This document shows positions 1 to 15,415 of a DNA stretch of 64,000 nt, piece by piece. The translations under genes and the position numbers were made by a program. The notes beneath the pieces were generated by a model that saw nothing but the letters and a program-made list of their open reading frames with translations, was not told the DNA's origin and ran no database searches. The DNA comes from the human T2T-CHM13v2.0 reference genome, Homo sapiens. The stretch's first letter is position 1; the number at the start of each line of letters is the position of its first letter. The DNA lies in the NCBI RefSeq assembly GCF_009914755.1, contig NC_060933.1. The stretch is one strand, 5' to 3'.

Positions 1-142
1 TTTAGTGTCTTCACATCTGTAGCTTGAAATTGGCCATGGCAGAAGTATTTACACCATGGAAATTGGCAAATGCTATATAAGTCAGGGATTGTTCGCTTGC
101 TTGTTGGGCAGCTGGTTGTTAAATACTTACCAGCACACTGCT
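1..142 (+). mobile_element. MER63 (hAT-Blackjack) 3' part
   Basis: GCTTGAAATTGGCCATGG..AGTATTTACACCATGGAAATTGGCAAA and terminal GGTTGTTAAATACTTACCAGCACAC match recalled MER63 consensus. Confidence 0.75.
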
Positions 143-509
143 GGCATAGTTTACTATAGAACTGAGGCTGCGGGAAGAACTCTGTTCTTGGCTGAAAAAA
201 GAAGGCACTAGAATTGCAGGTAGGTACTTAGGCTAAGGTGTACCCCATGGAAAGACACCTATGCCCTTGGGTAACTGCAGACAGAGCAAAGAGCCAAACT
301 TAATAGATCCCTTCCCAGGGGTTCTTCTGTTCACTATAGAATTTACATGGGGATTCTTTCTCTTAAGTTTGGAAGCCAGAGACTCATTTGAATCCATTTA
401 TTCATTCGTTTGACAGGTACAAATAGAGGATCTGCCATGTTGCAGGTTAGTAGCTAGACCATAGAGAAGACAGACTTGTTCCTGCCCTCATGGAATGTGT
501 TGCCTAGCA

Positions 510-746
510 CAGAAGTCTACAAATCATGGCCTAAGGGCCAAATGTAGCTCAGGACCTCTTTCAGTAAACAGTCCTCAAGTTAAGGATGGTTTTTACATTG
601 TTAAAGGGTTGTGAGGAAGAACAAAAGGAAGGAGGAGGAAGATGAGGAGGAGGAGGAGAAAGAGGAGTGAGAGAGACCATGGGTGGTCTACAAAGCTTAA
701 AATATTTCCTATCTAGGCCTTTACAAAAAAAGTTTGCCAACTCTTG
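510..746 (+). mobile_element. MER58-like hAT-Charlie element with internal GGA-rich tract
   Basis: 3' end AAAGCTTAAAATATTTCCTATCTAGGCCTTTACAAAAAAAGTTTGCCAACTCTTG typical of MER58. Confidence 0.65.
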
Positions 747-814
747 GTGTAGCAAACTAGACAAACCTTACTCCTTTACAGCCACCCTAATTGGCCATTA
801 AAAGAACAACGTTT

Positions 815-1109
815 GGCCAGGCACGGTGGCTCATGCCTGTAATCCCAGCACTTTGGGAAGCCGAGGCGGGTGAATCACCTGAGGTCAGGAGTTTGAGACC
901 AGCCTGGCCAACACGGTGAAACCCTGTCTCCACTAAAAATACAAAAAAATTAGCCAGGCATGGTGGCAGGCACCTGTAATCCAGCTACTCAGGAGGCTGA
1001 GGCAGGAGAATCACTTGAACCTGGGAGGCAGAGGTTGCAGTGAGCCAAGATTGCACTCCAGCCTGGGTGACAAGAGCAAAACTCTATCTCAAAAAAAATA
1101 AAAAAAAAA
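815..1109 (+). mobile_element. AluS (Sx-like), full length
   Basis: Dimeric Alu consensus with A tail. Confidence 0.95.
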
Positions 1110-1184
1110 GCAATGTTCGGGCCAGGACTTACCTGAGGAAAGGACCAGGAGTAGGTCAGGTGACACTAACACAAAGAATGAGGC

Positions 1185-1452
1185 AGCCGGGTGCGGTGGC
1201 TCACACCTGTAACCCCAGCACTTTGGGAGGCCGAGGCGGGCAGACCACTTAAGGTCAGGAGTTCAAGACCAGCCTGGCCAACATGGCAAAACTCCATCTC
1301 TACTAAAAATACAAAAATTAGCCGGGCGTGGTGGCAGGTGCCTGTAATCCCAGCTACTCAGGAGTCTCAGGCAGGAGAATTGCTTGAACCTGGGAGGTGG
1401 AGGTTGCAGTGAGCTGAGATCATACCACTGCACTTTAGCATGGGCAAAAAAA
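1185..1452 (+). mobile_element. AluS, 3'-truncated, TSD AAAGAATGAGGC
   Basis: Alu ends at GCATGGGCAAAAA; direct repeat at 1173-1184 and 1450-1461. Confidence 0.9.
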
Positions 1453-1654
1453 GAATGAGGCTGGACATCTCCTGGGTTATAACTGAGTAACCAACTAGAA
1501 ATATGTGTTTGCAAGTATTTGACTGTGTGGACCACAGCATGAGACTGAGGTCTAAAAGTTGAGTTCCAGGAGAGGGAAGGTCAGGGGTTAGTCCAGGAAC
1601 ACAGGAGGGAACAAAGTCAGAGGACCCTTACTGGAGTCAGTAATGAAGGTAGAG

Positions 1655-1922
1655 AACAATAGCAACAGCAAACACTTCTAGAATGCCTGCTGCGTACCAC
1701 GTGCTGTTACAAGCACATTACTCATATTAACACATCTAATTCTCCTAATAGCCCTATGAAGTTGGTCCTGTTATTATTCCTGTTTGACAGATGAGGAAAC
1801 TGAGGCACAGGTAACAAAGTCTTTTGCCACCAGTGACACAGCTACTAAGTAGTAGAGCCAGGATTTGAGACCAGGTAGTATGATTTCAGGATCCATATTC
1901 TTAACCACTACACTCCACTGCA
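1655..1922 (-). mobile_element. MIR
   Basis: Core ACAGATGAGGAAACTGAGGCACAG plus GAGCCAGGATTTGA and CTTAACCACTACAC. Confidence 0.85.
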
Positions 1923-2843
1923 ATACACTACAGACAGACTGGTGAGGGAAGGTAGGAAAGCAGGTCTTTTTATTTCTAGTTAAGTCTTTTGCTGGGCCCT
2001 GTGTCTGTGATTTGTTCCGGAGTAGAGAAGGGACTCTGTGCTTTCTCAAAAGAAGCAATTTCAAAACATGAGACTCTAAGGAGCAGGTCTGATAAACTGC
2101 ACTTGAACCCAGAGGATGACCAGAGAAAAGCAGGGTACCAACCACAGTCAGGCCACCATGCATATTTCCCCAATCCTGTGACAAACAGGACTGAGCCTGC
2201 TCTGTGCCAGGCTCTGTCCTGGATGCTGCAGGGACAGAGATGAGACAGACTCAGCCTCGAGGGGCGGCAGCCATGAGTAAACAGGCTATGCTTAGTAGAG
2301 TCTGGATTAAGACCCACACAGCACCCATGGGGGCTCCGTGGAGAAAGCAGCTCCAATCCCAAGGGAGCTGCACCTATAAGCTCGAAGCCAGGTGCCAGGG
2401 AGGGATGTGGAGCATGGCCTGATCAGCATCACTTGGATGAAATTCCCTTCAGAATAGGTGACAAAAAGAAAGGGCTCCATAGACAAGTCAAGGGACCACT
2501 GGAGAGCCCAATAAACATCAATATGCAGAAGAGAGAAGCAACAGTATAAATCCCAAAGTAAATGCTAAGTCTAAAGCCAGATAAAAGGCCAAGCAGGTGT
2601 TAGCAATGGCATGGCGGGCATCTGGGAAGGCCAGATCAGTAGCAGAGGCCAGAGCCAAGCAAGCAGAAATGGAACAGAGTGACCCAGACATGTTTGTCTG
2701 GGTCTTTATGCTACACCGCCTTCCCTACCTCACAGCTTTATTCTTGATTTATCTCCCACAGCTGACTCTCTGCCAGCCTTGTGCATCAGGAACTTATTAA
2801 CACTGGTGCCTTCTAGAACTGGGGAAGATCCATCCAGAGTTAG

Positions 2844-3128
<285 letters not shown>

Positions 3129-3669
3129 GCAAGAGTTAGGTATTTTCTGCTAACGTTCCTCCTACCTCCTCTTCCCCGCCAGCCAGCTGACTTTCCCAAG
3201 ATGAGCTAATGGCCTTCCTTTAAAAGAAATAGTGTCAGGCTCCTTTTCTAACTCACATTTTTCCCTAGCATCATTCCATCCAGAGCTTAAGGTTGCTGGT
3301 GACCTGGTGGTGTTGGTGACTTCACCATTCTCCCTCTGGGAAATGAAGTGACTCAACAGTCACAAACGCAAAGATAACAGTGCCATCAGCGGTTCCTTGC
3401 AGAGCAAAGAAATGCCAGGGTTATTAGGTGTCTGAATAAAGCTGAAGGTCCTGAGGTTAACATAGCAAGAAAAAATGACAGTGTAGAGTTGCAGGCTATT
3501 CCAACAATTATCAAGTTCCCAGGAGCAACTCTTAATAAAGGCTTCCTGACTGTTGTGGCAATAGGAAGGGCAGTGTGCTAGACTACAGTTATTCCTTCCT
3601 GATTTCCAACATACCAATTTACATGCCTGTGGATGCAGTTGCTGGTATGCTATCATATTGGACATCTAT

Positions 3670-4495
<826 letters not shown>

Positions 4496-4878
4496 AAAGT
4501 GTCAGAGTCAATCTGCACTTCTGATGACACTATATGGTGGCATAAAAAAAGTAAAGTTCTCCAGAAGGGCCCCCTGGGAACTCCTAACTTTGCTATCATT
4601 GTCAGGGTATGATTAAAGAGGGTGTCAGTATGCAGTGGCAGGCTGTCCCCACCGCAGGCCGAACACACCAAACCCAACACAAGAGGAACAAGACAGCCAC
4701 CATCTTCTGTATCTTTATCTACACTGGGCCTCTGCTTGCTCTAGCATCTCTCTAGCTTTTCATTTGTTCAGCCACTCCAACTGATGTCTAGTTGGTCTGT
4801 TTCTCTAGACTCTAACTTCCCGATTCATTCCTTGCTATTTCTCCCCTTTTAACATGCCCTCCAGGTATTCAATTCCAG

Positions 4879-5431
4879 TGTCAGAGGCGTGTGAACCAGA
4901 GCAACTCCATCTTAAATAAGAGCTGGGTGAAATGAGGCTGAAACCTACTGGGCTGCATTCACAGACGGTTAAGGCATTCTAAGTCACAGGATGAGATAGG
5001 AGGTCACACAAAATACAGGACATAAAGACCTGGCTGATAAAACAGGTTGCAGTAAAGGAGCCAGCCAAAACCCACCAAAACCAAAATGGCGTCAAGAGTG
5101 ACCTCTGGTCATCCTCACTGCTACACTCCCACCAGCGCCATGACAGTTTATAAATGCCATGGCAATGTCAGGAAGTTACCCTATATGGTCTAAAAAGGGG
5201 AGGTATGAATAATCCACCCCTTGTTTAGCATATCATAAAAAAAAACCATAAAAATGGACAACCAGTAGTCCTCGGGGCTACTCTGTCTATGGGGTAGCCA
5301 TTCTTTTATTCCTTTACTGTCTTAATAAACTTGCTTTCACTTTGCTCTGCAGACTTGCCCTGACTTCTTTCTTGCGTGAGATCCAAGAACCCTCTCCTGA
5401 GCTCTGGATGCGGACCCCTTTTCTGGTAACA
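4879..5431 (+). mobile_element. MER41A solo LTR (ERV1)
   Basis: TGTCAGAGGCGTGTGAACCAGAGCAACTCCATCTT...GGTAACA, 553 bp, TG..CA termini, 4-bp TSD CCAG, AATAAA near 5324. Confidence 0.92.
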
Positions 5432-5946
5432 CCAGCAACCTAGGCAGCCAGCAACCTAAGTTTTGCCTCTGCCAGTCAGCATCAAGGGCTGAGCCTAGGT
5501 AAGCCCAGTGAATCAGTCAATGATAAATGGTATGGTATAGTCTAGAAATGCCATCAAAGGTCAGGAAAAGGAAAAATCAGTGTGGGGTACAAATGGCCTT
5601 GAATTTGGAGAGGTAGAAAGGACATTCTGGTCTGAAAAACATGAACAAAGACACTGAAGCAGCAAAGAGCATAGGGACAAAAGGAATGGAAAGAAAAAGT
5701 AAGCCTGGCTGGAGTGGCATGTTATCAGAAAGGAACCAGCATTAGGTAAATCTGAGAGATAAAAGGGGGTTAGATTACACAGCATCTTAAAAATCAGACA
5801 GAGGAGGTTAGACTTCATTTATAGGCAGATATTACAGTAGATTTTTGATCAGAAAAATTATACGAGGAATATGATACTTTAGCCATGCATTTCTTACACA
5901 GGATGAGAGAGAGAATATCTCCCTGGCTTACACAAAAGATAAAAGA

Positions 5947-6279
<333 letters not shown>

Positions 6280-6345
6280 TCAGTTTCCTATAGGATCTGT
6301 CATTTCTTGTCTCGAGTCTTTTTGCTGTTGGGGCTGCTTTTTTAA

Positions 6346-6543
<198 letters not shown>

Positions 6544-6737
6544 TAAAATGCAGCCAAACAAAATTAAAAAATAAAAGTTTCCCCAAAATTTTACATACAA
6601 AGTAAGCATTAAGATATTTGTAGCTAGACAGAGTAGCTCATGCCTGTAATTCCAACATTTTGGGAGACTGTGGCACGAGGATTGCTTGAGCCCAGGAGTT
6701 CAAGACCAGCGTGGGTAATGTGGTGAGACTCCCCCAT

Positions 6738-7467
6738 CTGTCACCCAGGCTAGAATGCAGAGGCTTGATCTTAGCTCACTGCAACCTCTGCCTCCAGGGT
6801 TCAAACTATTCTCCTGCCTCAGCCTCCTGAGTAGCTGCAATTACAGGCACACGCCACCACGCCCAGCTAATTTTTAAATTTTTTTTTAGTAGAAACAGGG
6901 TTTCGCCATGTTGGCCAGGCTGGTCTCGAACTCCTGGCCTCAGGTGATCCACACCCTCGGCCTGTCAAAGTGCTGGTGTTCTGATAGAAGGTGTCCAGGT
7001 TCTTGGGGTCTCAAACAAATAACTGGACAAAACTCACAAAGACAGGAAAGCAAATGCAGGGATTTATTGAGAACGAAAGTACACTCCACAGTATGGGAGT
7101 AGGCCTGAGCACAGGTGCTCAAGAGCCCCGCTCACAGAATTTTCTGAGGTTTCAATACTCTAGACGTTTCCCATTGGTTACTTGGCAAATATTCTATGTA
7201 AATGAAGAGAATGAAGTTAAGTCACAGAGTCGTTTACTCAGAATGCACCCTAGTGTAAATGGAGAGGATGTTACTTGGTGTATGTGATCTATGTAAATGG
7301 AGAGGATGAAGTGAAGTTACAAAGCCATTCACATTTCTGTCATTGCCGAAGTGCTTTTATTTGATTTACTTCTAGGAAGTCAGCGTGGATCAGCCTCATG
7401 TTCCCTATCTCCAGGCCCTATTCTCCTGCCTCGCTGGGATTACAGGCATGAGCCACTGTACACGGGC
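6738..7467 (-). mobile_element. AluS inserted in AluJ, tail lost, interrupted by an LTR
   Basis: Reverse Alu; AAAGTGCTGG is continued by GATTACAGG after the LTR. Confidence 0.9.
6977..7433 (-). mobile_element. ERV1 MER4-group solo LTR (MER61/MER51-like)
   Basis: Minus strand starts GAGGCAGGAGAATAGGGCCTGGAGATAGGGAAC and ends AACA; 4-bp TSD CTGG; subfamily uncertain. Confidence 0.75.
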
Positions 7468-8105
7468 AAAAATTTTTTTGTTAATTAGCTGGGCATGGTG
7501 GTGCACACATGTAGTCCCAGCTATTAGGGAGGCTGAGAGGTAGTAGGATCACTTGAGCCCAGGAGGTTGAGGCTAAAGTAAGCCATGATCATGTCACTAC
7601 ACTCCAGCCTAGGTGACAGAGTGAGACCCTATCTCGAAAAGAATGAGTGAGAGATTTGCATACATCATTCCAGAATGATTCATAATACAGAATATGTTCA
7701 CCAACATTTTTATTTATATTACATAAATAATCTTCTTTATGTTTAGCAATATATTTTCCATTGGTTGCTTTTGAGTGGTAAATTCCTCTTATTACATTTA
7801 AAATATTTGACTCACAAAAAAATTAATTAACATGTACCTTTTTAAGAATTTTATTCCATAGCTCAAACCAGCATTTTCCTAAATTTGTTCTATGTAAGGT
7901 TAGAGTTACAAGATATTCTGCCTCAAATAAGCAGGTTATGTTTAGGAAAGGCTATATCCCTTGTGGAAATTAAAGGCTTCTCAGTGTTCTCCGATTAACT
8001 GATCAAAGGTAAATGAAGTGTGCTCCAGGAAATGCCTTTTTAATGAAAATTCATTGATATTTGTATAACTCTGATAGAAAGTAACGGATTCAAAAACAGA
8101 GAGCT

Positions 8106-8367
8106 CGCCAGGTACAGTGGCGAGCTGTAATCCCAGCACCTTGGGAGGCCAAGGCAGACGGATCACCTGAAGTCAGGAGTTCAAGACCAGCCTGGCCAAC
8201 ATGGCGAAACCCCATCTCTACTAAAAATACAAAAATTAGCCAGGTGTGGTGGCGGATGCCTGTAATTTCCAGCTACTTGGGAGGCTAAGGCAGGGAGAAT
8301 TACTTGAATCCGGGAGTGGAGGTTGCAGTGAGGTAAGATCGTATCACTGTACTGCAGCCTGGGCGAT
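8106..8367 (+). mobile_element. AluS, 3' end missing
   Basis: Alu consensus up to GCCTGGGCGA, then non-Alu sequence. Confidence 0.9.
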
Positions 8368-8388
8368 ATCCTGCACCCATGGAAATAA

Positions 8389-8768
<380 letters not shown>

Positions 8769-9513
8769 ACTGTACACTCATTAGAGACCAGAATTCAAGC
8801 ATCTGTGTGAGGTTGGATATGTAATTGTCAAAGTCCTTTTCAACCTTGAGACTCTGAATTTTAATTGAGAGCATTAAAAATCTTGTTTTAGATCCAATCA
8901 CTCCTTTGCCAGCATGGAGCAAGTCATCCAGGTGTCAGTTGCTTCATCTGTGAAACAAAGGGTCTTTGTCTGAGGCCAGGGTTGTCATCTGATGCTGGGT
9001 CACAATCTCTAGATCCCCTTGGGGTCCCGCCCAACAGTGACATACTCATGCCCTATTCTTTCTCTTTATTGAGAAGGAAATAGTATAAGCAAACAAAATC
9101 ATCAAGAGTTGCTTACATATGCACACAGAACATGCACCAAACAGCTGGAAAACAAAGAAAGTAGGTGAAAGGTGAAGTTGTTTTGCTGAATGGGTGTCAG
9201 AGGTTGGTTTACAAATCCACAGGGAGGACCAGAGCTCCGCTGATGCTAACACTTGCTCTGAAAAATCTGTTCGCAGAACTCCTAGCGGCCCCGCCTCCCT
9301 CCCCACAGCTGGCTTCTTCTGAAAGGCCTAGAGGCAACTAAAGTCTGAGTTTTTATGTTTTGTAAGAAAACAAAGGGAAGTCTAAAAATGTAAAAAAAGA
9401 AAAAAGAAAAAACCTTCAGCTGTTCCAATGTAGCCCCACGAGATTGGTTTCTCTGAACTCTGACGGGTCTTGTTGTTTTGTGTGTTCCTCAGAGCCCAAA
9501 GAAAACCAACTCC

Positions 9514-9813
9514 AGGCAGGGTGCAGTGACTCTCGCCTGTACTCCCAGCACTTTGGGAGACCAAGGTGGGTGGATCACCTGAGGTCAGAAGTTTGAGACC
9601 AGCCTGGCCAACATGGTGAAACCCCATCTCTACTAAAAATACAAAAAACTTAGCTGGCCGTGGTGGCAGGCGCCTATAGTCCGAGCTACTCAGGAGGCTG
9701 AGGCAGGGAAATTGCTTGAACCCAGAAGGTGGAGGTTGCGGTGAGCCGAGATCACGCCATTGCACTCTAGCCTGGGCGACAGAGACTCCATCTCAAAAAA
9801 AAAAAAAAAAAAA
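9514..9813 (+). mobile_element. AluS
   Basis: Alu consensus; TSD AGAAAACCAAYTCCA. Confidence 0.95.
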
Positions 9814-10365
9814 GAGAAAACCAATTCCATTTTCCTCTTTCTTCCTGGTGTTGAATGACAAAGGGAAGCTAAGGGGCGTTTTCTTCTATCTGGCATACTT
9901 TGCAATGTAGAATAAAATAACTTTGAGTTGTGGTCGCTTCTTGAGGTGACCCTCCACCCATCCTCCAGGCAAAATATCACAAAGACCAACAAAACCTGAA
10001 ACTGAGAAAGATACAGAGCTGATTCCCTGGCTGACTCAACGCCCTGAGACAGGCACTCGCCTCTGAAACCTTCAGGGCTCCTCACTAACTGCAAGACCAT
10101 GCTCACTGCTCATGTTTGAATGAAGTATACAAATTCAATAAGCAGTCTATCATTTTTGGTGGAGTGACAAGGTCTATTGTTCCCTTGGTGCTGTGTCTCT
10201 TTCCATAGAGGCTATAACTTTAACCTACTATAAGGTTAGTTGGTCCTGTCACTGTAATTTCTTTGTGTCTATTTTAGAGAGAACCGACCATGCTTGTGTT
10301 ATTTGTAGTGTCTGAGGCAGAGAATGGCTCTCCCCAAGCCCCAAGAACCAGCGTAGGACAGTTCT

Positions 10366-10723
<358 letters not shown>

Positions 10724-10821
10724 TAATAAACATTCATAGCTTTAGTAAAATTTTGTCAAGACTGCACCTGGTGGAAAGGTTATAAGGAAAGGGACACATC
10801 ACCCTCACTCTAACCACCAGA

Positions 10822-10936
10822 GGCAAGATACCTAATTCATTCTGGTTTTCCTAAGACTTTCCCAGTTTTAGCAGTGGAAGTCTCACGTCCCAGGAAACCC
10901 CACAATGCCAGACAAATCAGGGCATTGGTCACCCTA
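10822..10936. mobile_element. MER81 (hAT-Blackjack MITE)
   Basis: GACTTTCCCAGTTTTAGCA..CGTCCCAGGAAACCCC..TTGGTCACCCTA. Confidence 0.7.
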
Positions 10937-11077
10937 CATATCTACCAAATAATTTAATAATTGCTGAATGCCAAATTAATTTTAGCCAGTATAAGACATC
11001 TGGTTTCCCTTAAAATAGCTTCTACCATGAAATAGGCTTACATTTCCAAAAAGGATGAAAGGAAAGATGAGATGTGG

Positions 11078-11257
11078 CGCCTTGCTACTCAATGTGTGGT
11101 TAAGAGATCAATTGCATTTACGCTACCCTGGAGTTCTTTCAGCTGTAGACTCTCGGGCCCCACCTCAGACCTACCGAATAAAAGTCTGTAATTTAACAGG
11201 GCCTCAAAATGAATTCTTGCACAAGGGCTCTGTTTACATTAAAATCTGTGATGAACC
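11078..11257. mobile_element. MER5A-family DNA transposon
   Basis: GCTACTCAATGTGTGGT, TCTCGGGCCCCACCTCAGACCTAC, ATTTAACAG. Confidence 0.65.
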
Positions 11258-11904
11258 GGCCCAGAGGGAGATATCTCAGGGTGATTTTTAGCTGGGTCTT
11301 GAAGTCAGTAGGCATTAGTAGGCAGAGAGGGGTAGGAGGGAGCAGGGAACCGGAACCGGAAAACAAGGGCACAAAGGCAAAGAAAATGACAATGTGTTTA
11401 TTAACCATGAGTGATTTGTTGTTTCTGGGAGTGAGAGATGGGAAATAGCCTGGGAAGGCAGGTTGGTGAGAAGACTGCAGATGCCCTTAAACTGTAGACT
11501 GGAGCAGTAGCTTTGTATCTTCCCTGCTCTCCTTCCTCTCAAGGCTCAGTCCTCTGCTAAACTGTTCTATCTTCTGAAATTTAGAACCCTTCCCTTCCCC
11601 TGGCTCAGACTGGCAGCAACTGGTGTCCCGAAGTAACAGCAGAGAAGGGGACGGCAGGCCCAGGGAGATCCTCCCCTAAGGAGAAATTCAAAGGCAAGCT
11701 CTTTTCTCCAGGGTCCTTTGAAGGGTCAGAGCCCTGGGCTCCTTAAGGAACTCAGTCTTTGACTGGGAAAGGCAGATAATACAGCCAGCCCCGAAAGGGA
11801 TGCAGATCAAGGATCTCTATTTCTAGCCAAAAAGTTGGCAAAATGAAGAAATATGTGGAGCTCTGAGCAATATCTCTTTCATTCCGGGACACAGTGTAAA
11901 GTAA

Positions 11905-12080
11905 TGATTACTTAACCACTTTGTGCTCCAGGTTCTGAAATCACAAAACAGGAACCCTTGTATCAACCTCTAGGTTACTAGCATTCAGTGAGTTAATGCA
12001 CGCAAAGCTCTTAGGACAGTGCCTAGATCCTACTAGGAACTCCCTAGAAGGTACTACCTGGATTAAACAATTGCCTTTAT
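11905..12080 (+). mobile_element. MIR fragment
   Basis: TTACTTAACC..GAGTTAATGCA..AAAGCTCTTAGGACAGTGCCT. Confidence 0.6.
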
Positions 12081-12124
12081 CATAATGCGAGAGTTGGAGG
12101 CATGGCTTGCTGAGTGAGGAGCTG

Positions 12125-12675
12125 GGTGGGGCAGCCAGCTTCCAAGATGAACCCCAGTGATCCCCATCTCCTGGTATTCACAGCCTTGTGCAGCACCCTG
12201 TACACATTGCAGCAGGGTTGGTCTGTGTGATCAGACCAGTATATGCAGGAGTGATGGCATGTCACTTCTGAGATTAGGTCATTTACAGACTGTGGCTTCC
12301 AGCTTGGGATCTCTTTTTCATTTTGGGGGATGCCAACCACTTTGGGGGAAGCCAGCTGCCATGTTGTCAGCCACTCTGTGGAGAGGTTCACATGGTGAGG
12401 AACTGAGGGAGACTCTAGCCAACAGCCAATGAGGAACTGAGATCTAGCAACCACCAAGTGAGTGAGCTTAGAAACAAATTCTCCAGCCCTGAGATGACTG
12501 CAGCCTGGGCTGACAGCTTGACAGCAGCCTCGTGAGAGGCCCTGAGCCAGAATTACCCAGCTAAACCCCTCCCAGACTGCTGACCCATAGAAAATGTGTA
12601 TAATAATAAATCCTTGCTGTTTTAAGCTGCTAAATTTGGGGGTAATCTATCATGCAGCAAGAAATAATTATATCA
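12125..12675 (+). mobile_element. MLT1F-like MaLR LTR
   Basis: GGGGAAGCCAGCTGCCATGTTG, GAGATGACTGCAGCC, AATAAA..TTTTAAGCTGCTAAATTTGGGG. Confidence 0.8.
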
Positions 12676-12733
12676 CTGGGCTTGGTAAAAATATACACAC
12701 CATTATGGGGAAGGGTCCAAGAAAACTGGCCTA

Positions 12734-13003
<270 letters not shown>

Positions 13004-14544
13004 TCAAGACAGAACCAGGTGACCTGTGGCCAGCAATGGAGACTCCAACCTGGTATCACTGCTTAGAATCCACAAAAGTGACCACTGACAACCCACCCAA
13101 AAAAACCTCTGCAGCAACTGCGCTAGTCCTAGAAAAAGGTCTGGTTCAACCGTGTAAGACAGCAGGGCTCTGGCCTCCGCTTTGAGGTCTAGCACATTAC
13201 TCCTACTCTGAAGTTAGAAATAAAACCACAGTGACTAAGGGATAGATGAGTTCTGCAGGCTGAGCCAAACCAGGAATGGATACCAAATTTATGACATATT
13301 TTAAATATATTAAATTAATGCTTTTAACAGCGAAAAAAAAAACCCAAACATGATATAATTATTCCATTGACAAGACACTTTTAAGATTTGTTTTTAAAAT
13401 AACTTATAGTACACTGTTGTCAAAATGACCAGTAATGCGTCACAAGTTCATGGTTGTGTAATGAATGTGATCTTCTTATCCTGTATCTTCGTGTGAATAA
13501 CCACATTTGGAAAGAACCCCAAAAGTCTAAATTTGAGTTTCTTTATGAAGGAGAACTGCCACCCCCAATAATCTCTGGGAAGGAGGCTGGCAAAGAAGCC
13601 TCGTAACTCCTGGGCTATGTGATATTGAGTGAAGGAGGGTGACCTTTGAGAAAAAAACTGGAGTCTGATTTGTACCAAAGGAAATCTAGGAATTAGAGCA
13701 GAACTGCGTGCTGTTGCATCTGAGAGCGTCGCGCATTTCTACGTACTTGCACTGAGGGGAATGTTGGCTCATAACTGGGTACGTGGCTGAGCCCAAGAGA
13801 TACCCGACAGCACCCCACCAGGAGGAAGCAGAAGCCAGGGATCTGGGAGGGTAACAGCCATTTGTGAAGAAGGAACTTAGCCATGGATGATACCATTTCA
13901 TATCTTCCAGAACTTTCATACACATTGTTGGCCCCCCTGTGAAGGAGGGAGCCATTTTTAAAAACTAGGGCTCTGAGGTTTTTTGGGAATAAGTTCCCAG
14001 ATGTTTTCCAGGTCCTGAGCAGCCCTGGCCTTCAGGCTCCCCGAGGCTGCCAGTTCAGTCAACTTCATGCTGCCTTCACTACCTGGCTCCAGGTCCTACA
14101 GGATGAAGTGCCACGACAGTGTGCATCCCCAGGCCTTTCTCTCCACTGCGCCAGTGCCCCTCTCAATACCCACCAGTGGGGCAGGAAAACAGAGCAACAC
14201 TTGAGCTGCACAACTAAAGCCTCAGGTGTCCAATCACCCCTGTGACACATATAGGGCTGCTCTCTCCGTTTATGTAACCTAATCCTTCCCACCATCCCTC
14301 CTTCCATCGGCTTCCTCTCATGTCCTGTTCCAACTCAAGCAGAGGAAGAAGGTGCACAACGACAGAGTAAATGCTGGGGCCATGGCACACACAGCACTGG
14401 GCTTGGATTCCTCAAGCTGCAAGGGACCTTGACACTTTCTTCTTTGCCCAGTCTCTCTGTCCCCTTTGTTCCCTAGAGAAGCAACTTTATAACTGATCAT
14501 GATAATGGAAACTAGTTTTTCAAAAAATTAAACATAGACTTATT

Positions 14545-15415
<871 letters not shown>

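Larger units (their letters stand above)
6622..7640 (+). mobile_element. AluJ split by nested insertions (left arm 6622-6738, right arm ~7468-7640)
   Basis: J-type GAGGATTGCTTGAGCCCAGGAG and GAGACCCTATCTC motifs. Confidence 0.85.

Noticed and set aside
13686-13955. 89-aa ATG ORF over the CpG micro-cluster
   Set aside because: No recognisable homology; length compatible with chance
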